Below are positions 49,463 through 54,475 of a stretch of 54,475 nt of DNA, piece by piece. The notes under the pieces are model-generated. The model saw only the letters and a list, made by a program, of their open reading frames with translations. It did not search any database and was not told where the DNA came from. Numbering within the stretch: the first letter of the stretch is position 1; every line of letters begins with the position of its first letter. A program made the translations under genes and the position numbers. The DNA is from Girardia tigrina (lineage: Eukaryota): NCBI GenBank assembly GCA_001938485.1, contig MQRK01196814.1, positions 4,922 through 59,396 of the forward strand. The letters run 5' to 3'.

Positions 49463-51607
49463 TTTTAAAGAAGACTTTTAAAAAATTTAAATTAATTTAA
49501 AAATGTAGGCAAAGATAAGAATAAATTTATGTATTTTTGTATTAATTCTTATTAAATAATATACTTTAATTTTCTAACCTATTTTCTTAAAAATAAATTA
49601 TTAGATAATAAAAAAAATCAGTTTAATATTTTTAATAATTTTTGCATTTTTATTATATTTATTACTGATTTTTAACCAAATAATCTTTATTTTTCATTTT
49701 GTTTAAATATTTTGTAAAACAAATTTTAAAATAGTAAAAATGTTTAAAAATTATTTATTTAATTAAAATATTTTTTGTAGAAATAATTCAAAAGTATTAT
49801 ACATTATAATTTTTATTCGATTACTTTTATTTTTTAATATAATTTTAACATTTTGAATTCTTTATTTTTGCAATCACAAAAATTTTTAGAAAACTTTTTT
49901 ACACACTTTTATGTTTTTTAGTTTAGATTTCATTCTAAATTCTTTAAAAATTTTTATGTTAAATAAATTAGTATTAAAATAAAATTTAAATTAATAATAA
50001 ATTGAAAAATATTAATTGTTTTTCAATATTTTTGTAAGTTATGAATAAGATAGAATAATATTTTATACAATTTTAATAATTTTACAATAATATTTTTAAT
50101 TTTATAAAATATTTTCTTAAAAATAAAATATTAACTTTCCATTTACCAAACAAGTATATTTGACCCCATTGCAATATTCATTAATTTAGTTTTTCATTCT
50201 AATCATTTAAGTGGCTATGACGGATATATTTTCCATAAAAAACGTCTTACAGTACGCCTAAGACGAATATTTTTGAATAAAATTAAGTGATTTTTACATA
50301 TAATTTTTACATATAGTAAAATTGGAAATGTTGAAATTGTTGAAAGACAACACTCTTCAAGTGGCACCCAATGTTTTGGAACAATTTTTTTTGAAACAAT
50401 ATTTTTCTTGTTACACTAATAAGCAGATACTTCTTTTTTATCTTTAGCGTTATATTACAATTTTTAAATTTACTTTACGATTTATTATAATATTAATGAT
50501 AAATTATCATTTTTAAGACTTCTTTAGATATAAATGCGTCTAGTGTTACTGAAGTGGTAATTGACAAAATGGGAATCCTTTGAAGTCTTAACATTGATTT
50601 TGCGGTGTCAGATAGTTTATTTAACAATCTTTTGATAAAACAAGTATAATATTTTGCTTTTTGAAATATTTTCTAAATAATATACTTGAAAAAAACAAAA
50701 AAAGAATCAATAATTAATTCTTTCAAGAAAGAGAAAATTTTGGCCAAAAAAATTCATTACACTTTTAAAATTGTCGTAAGTCTTTGTAAAAAATGAAAAT
50801 AATAACAGAGGAAAGAAATGCTCAATTAGTGCATTTTAGAGACATGATATATTTATTTTGGCAAATAATGTAAAAATAATTTATTCTTTTATTTAATAGT
50901 AATAAAATATTTAGACAGGTTCCACAAGAATATAATTTTTAATAAATTTTTTTTTAAAAAAAATATAAAAATAAATAAAACTAAAAAAATAATTGAACGA
51001 TTTTATATCTAAATTGAATTAAAAAATTATTAATAAAATATATTTTCATTAATTTAAATAAAAATTAATTATTTAAAGTTTTATATTTACATCTAAAATA
51101 TTTCAATGGCGCCTTTATTAATTATATTTTATAAAAAAATTTGTCTATTTCATTAATTGTTTGAAGAAATTCCAAATTAATTAAAAAGATTAAAATTTAG
51201 AAAAAATATATTTATAGAAAAAATTCATAAAAATAAGAAAAAGAAAATAATTACTTCTTTTTCCGAAAATAGTAAATTTAATTTTTTTTAAATCAAATTA
51301 TTATTTTTAAGTATTAATTTCATTTTTTTTCTATTTTAATTATATTATTAATTGTTACTTGAACTTTTTTTAAAGAAAAAATATTTAAAATATGAAAGAT
51401 TTATTACTTTATGGTTTACAATTCCCTTAAAAATAAATTAAATTAATAGTTTTTATACATATTGTGAGGCATATTTTCGAATGAAGTTTATTGTATGTGG
51501 TTTTGTGGATTGTATTTCCCCACACCAGTTGGAAAATCGATATTTTGAATGTTTTGAACAGTTAAATTATTCGGACAATTTTGAAATGTAAATAACATCT
51601 TTAAATA

Positions 51608-52648
51608 TTAGGTTGTTCGATATGAAACGGGTCAAACTTCACACCTTACATTTCAATCGCGTATAACTTAACTTTGAACTATCGTATGAAAATAAATAAG
51701 GTATTTCTTGACAGATATNNNNNNNNNNNNNNNNNNNNNNNNNNNNNNNNNNNNNNNNNNNNNNNNNNNNNNNNNNNNNNNNNNNNNNNNNNNNNNNNNN
51801 NNNNNNNNNNNNNNNNNNNNNNNNNNNNNNNNNNNNNNNNNNNNNNNNNNNNNNNNNNNNNNNNNNNNNNNNNNNNNNNNNNNNNNNNNNNNNNNNNNNN
51901 NNNNNNNNNNNNNNNNNNNNNNNNNNNNNNNNNNNNNNNNNNNNNNNNNNNNNNNNNNNNNNNNNNNNNNNNNNNNNNNNNNNNNNNNNNNNNNNNNNNN
52001 NNNNNNNNNNNNNNNNNNNNNNNNNNNNNNNNNNNNNNNNNNNNNNNNNNNNNNNNNNNNNNNNNNNNNNNNNNNNNNNNNNNNNNNNNNNNNNNNNNNN
52101 NNNNNNNNNNNNNNNNNNNNNNNNNNNNNNNNNNNNNNNNNNNNNNNNNNNNNNNNNNNNNNNNNNNNNNNNNNNNNNNNNNNNNNNNNNNNNNNNNNNN
52201 NNNNNNNNNNNNNNNNNNNNNNNNNNNNNNNNNNNNNNNNNNNNNNNNNNNNNNNNNNNNNNNNNNNNNNNNNNNNNNNNNNNNNNNNNNNNNNNNNNNN
52301 NNNNNNNNNNNNNNNNNNNNNNNNNNNNNNNNNNNNNNNNNNNNNNNNNNNNNNNNNNNNNNNNNNNNNNNNNNNNNNNNNNNNNNNNNNNNNNNNNNNN
52401 NNNNNNNNNNNNNNNNNNNNNNNNNNNNNNNNNNNNNNNNNNNNNNNNNNNNNNNNNNNNNNNNNNNNNNNNNNNNNNNNNNNNNNNNNNNNNNNNNNNN
52501 NNNNNNNNNNNNNNNNNNNNNNNNNNNNNNNNNNNNNNGTGTTGACAACATGGGGGGATATTTTGATTAAAAATAAAATGTTATTATTTAAAAAAAATCG
52601 ATTTACATTTTACTTTAATTTTGACCCGTTTCATATCGAACAACCTAA
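51608..52648 (+). mobile_element. mariner transposon; interior is an N gap
   Basis: 29-bp perfect TIRs TTAGGTTGTTCGATATGAAACGGGTCAAA with TA flanks. The mariner-type C-terminus VDNMGGYFD* follows the gap. Confidence 0.88.
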
Positions 52649-54475
52649 TATTAAATTAATATATTTTAATCAAAATATTTGAAATCTTTTTGAAAGTGAT
52701 TTAATTTAATTATGGATTGTCACGTAACCCATTGCGCAAATGATTATTGTTTCTTTGATTAATATTTTACATGAGGTTCAGTGAAATTGACAACATCACG
52801 ACATCGAATGTTTTAATTCTTACATCCATTCACCTGTAGAAAAAGGTTTTCTCCACTTCATGAAGAGGTGAATCGTTTTTGAATAATATCAAAACTTGTA
52901 AATCTATTGTTATAAGAACATACTGTGCTTTCTGATCTTTCTAAGACCTGTGCATTATCCAAAAAATTCTTGAATTAACCGCTTTCTTCGGATCGTTATA
53001 TAAATTGAAAAAAAATTAATCAAATTCTAAAATCTAGTATTTACTTTAAACCCCAAAAGAACATAAAACTAAGATTATCACAACTTATTAATGAATTGAG
53101 TTTGATGTACCAATAACACAAAAATTAAGTACATTAAGTAATAAGCTGATAAAAGTCTTCAAACGTTTAATGAAATATTTATGTAAAAATAAATAAAAAA
53201 TATAACAATTTTTACATTTATTCAGAGTCATCATTAGAAAAAAAATAAAGTTCAGAAAGAAATTCAAATAACATAAAAGAATTAATAAAGACTGTTTGAG
53301 GTTTGTTTACTTTCGGTATATTTGTTGGATGGGTCATATCCCATCTTTCATAGGAGTATATCCCTTAATAATTCAATTATGAAAAGCATATTTTAATAAA
53401 TCAAAATTTGACTGATCATATTTATACTATTTAAATGAAATCAAATAAATGATTTATCTCTGGAAATTAAATTTTCTTTAAAATTTACAGAAAATAATGT
53501 TTTTAAATTCAAAAATGGAAGTTCTTAAAAGCATTTATAAAAAAATGTATCGGTGTGGAATTTAATCAAAGATAGACTTGTAAAAATATATATTCAGAAA
53601 ATTCCGCTAGCTATTTGTATTATTGTTATTGCTTGTGAAGCAAAAGCATAAGGGCTCATTTATTTGTGTTCCCCGTGATTTATCATGGCGCGCAAAATCG
53701 ATTTTGTTTAAGATAATGAACCAGCAATTTTAAAATACATAACTAATTTACAATAGCCAAGCAACTCGACCATATGCACTGACTCTGTCCTGGTATGATT
53801 AGTAGATGAGCTCTAAATTTGAACAACATTCTATCCCCATTCAACAACATGGATCTCGTAAGCACTGACTATTGTGAAAATCATCGAGCTGTCCTTATCA
53901 AATGAATTTCTGAAGATATGAGCAGCATCCTTTTATAGAATCAGTTTCTAGAAATATAATAGACGAATTCAGAACTATTTCAAATAATGAATTTTGATAT
54001 TGATGATAGAATTGGATGTTTCTATTTTAAAAGAAGTCAAATTCACAGCAAAAACACATACCACCTTTTATTCATCGGATTACCCCCGCTTCAAAACAAA
54101 AAACAAGCTCGAAAAACATTTGATTGATTTGTAATTTAAAAATAAAAATATTTTCAATAAAATCAGAACTCGAGATCAATGTAAACACAATCCTTATTTT
54201 AACATTTAATGTATTACATACAAATTCTCCATTTCAAAATCAATAAACATTTATACACTAAAGCACTTGACAACAACACATTAAAGCAACTTAACAAAGA
54301 AATTTCTTGAATAAAAAATATTTTAATTACCTTTCTAAATGGAACAAATGTATTTAAGGTGTCTAAAATAACATTTTTTCGCATTTCTTTTAAAATTTTT
54401 ACGAATCCAGAACAATTATTAATATTATTTTTATTCAATTCTTTTTATTAGCTTACTTTATATATATATATATAT

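Overview
Very AT-rich eukaryotic DNA, probably animal (inferred from the Penelope/Poseidon-type retroelements and a TDG fragment with the metazoan-type N-terminal motif). It is a draft scaffold with N gaps and many (TA)n tracts. No intact host gene is evident; the window is mostly decayed and nested transposons. Penelope-like elements (PLEs) dominate. There are at least six GIY-YIG endonuclease relics and two RT relics, one split into three collinear pieces by nested insertions. Two PLE 3' ends carry minimal type-I hammerhead ribozymes with intact cores and palindromic stem III (11013-11055 +, 31686-31722 -), and a third carries a decayed copy. Other elements: an IS630-Tc1-mariner element with DD39E spacing and perfect 25-bp TIRs, two TA-flanked mariners (one Mos1/mauritiana-like), a pogo/Tc2 transposase relic, Tc1 relics, an RTE LINE fragment, hAT/piggyBac/Tc2 MITEs, non-autonomous Helitrons and a ~494-bp near-perfect palindrome. 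Two decayed host genome-maintenance genes are present: a frameshifted CTF8 that the ORF track does not resolve, and a truncated TDG. All calls come from reading motifs by eye; no database searches were run.
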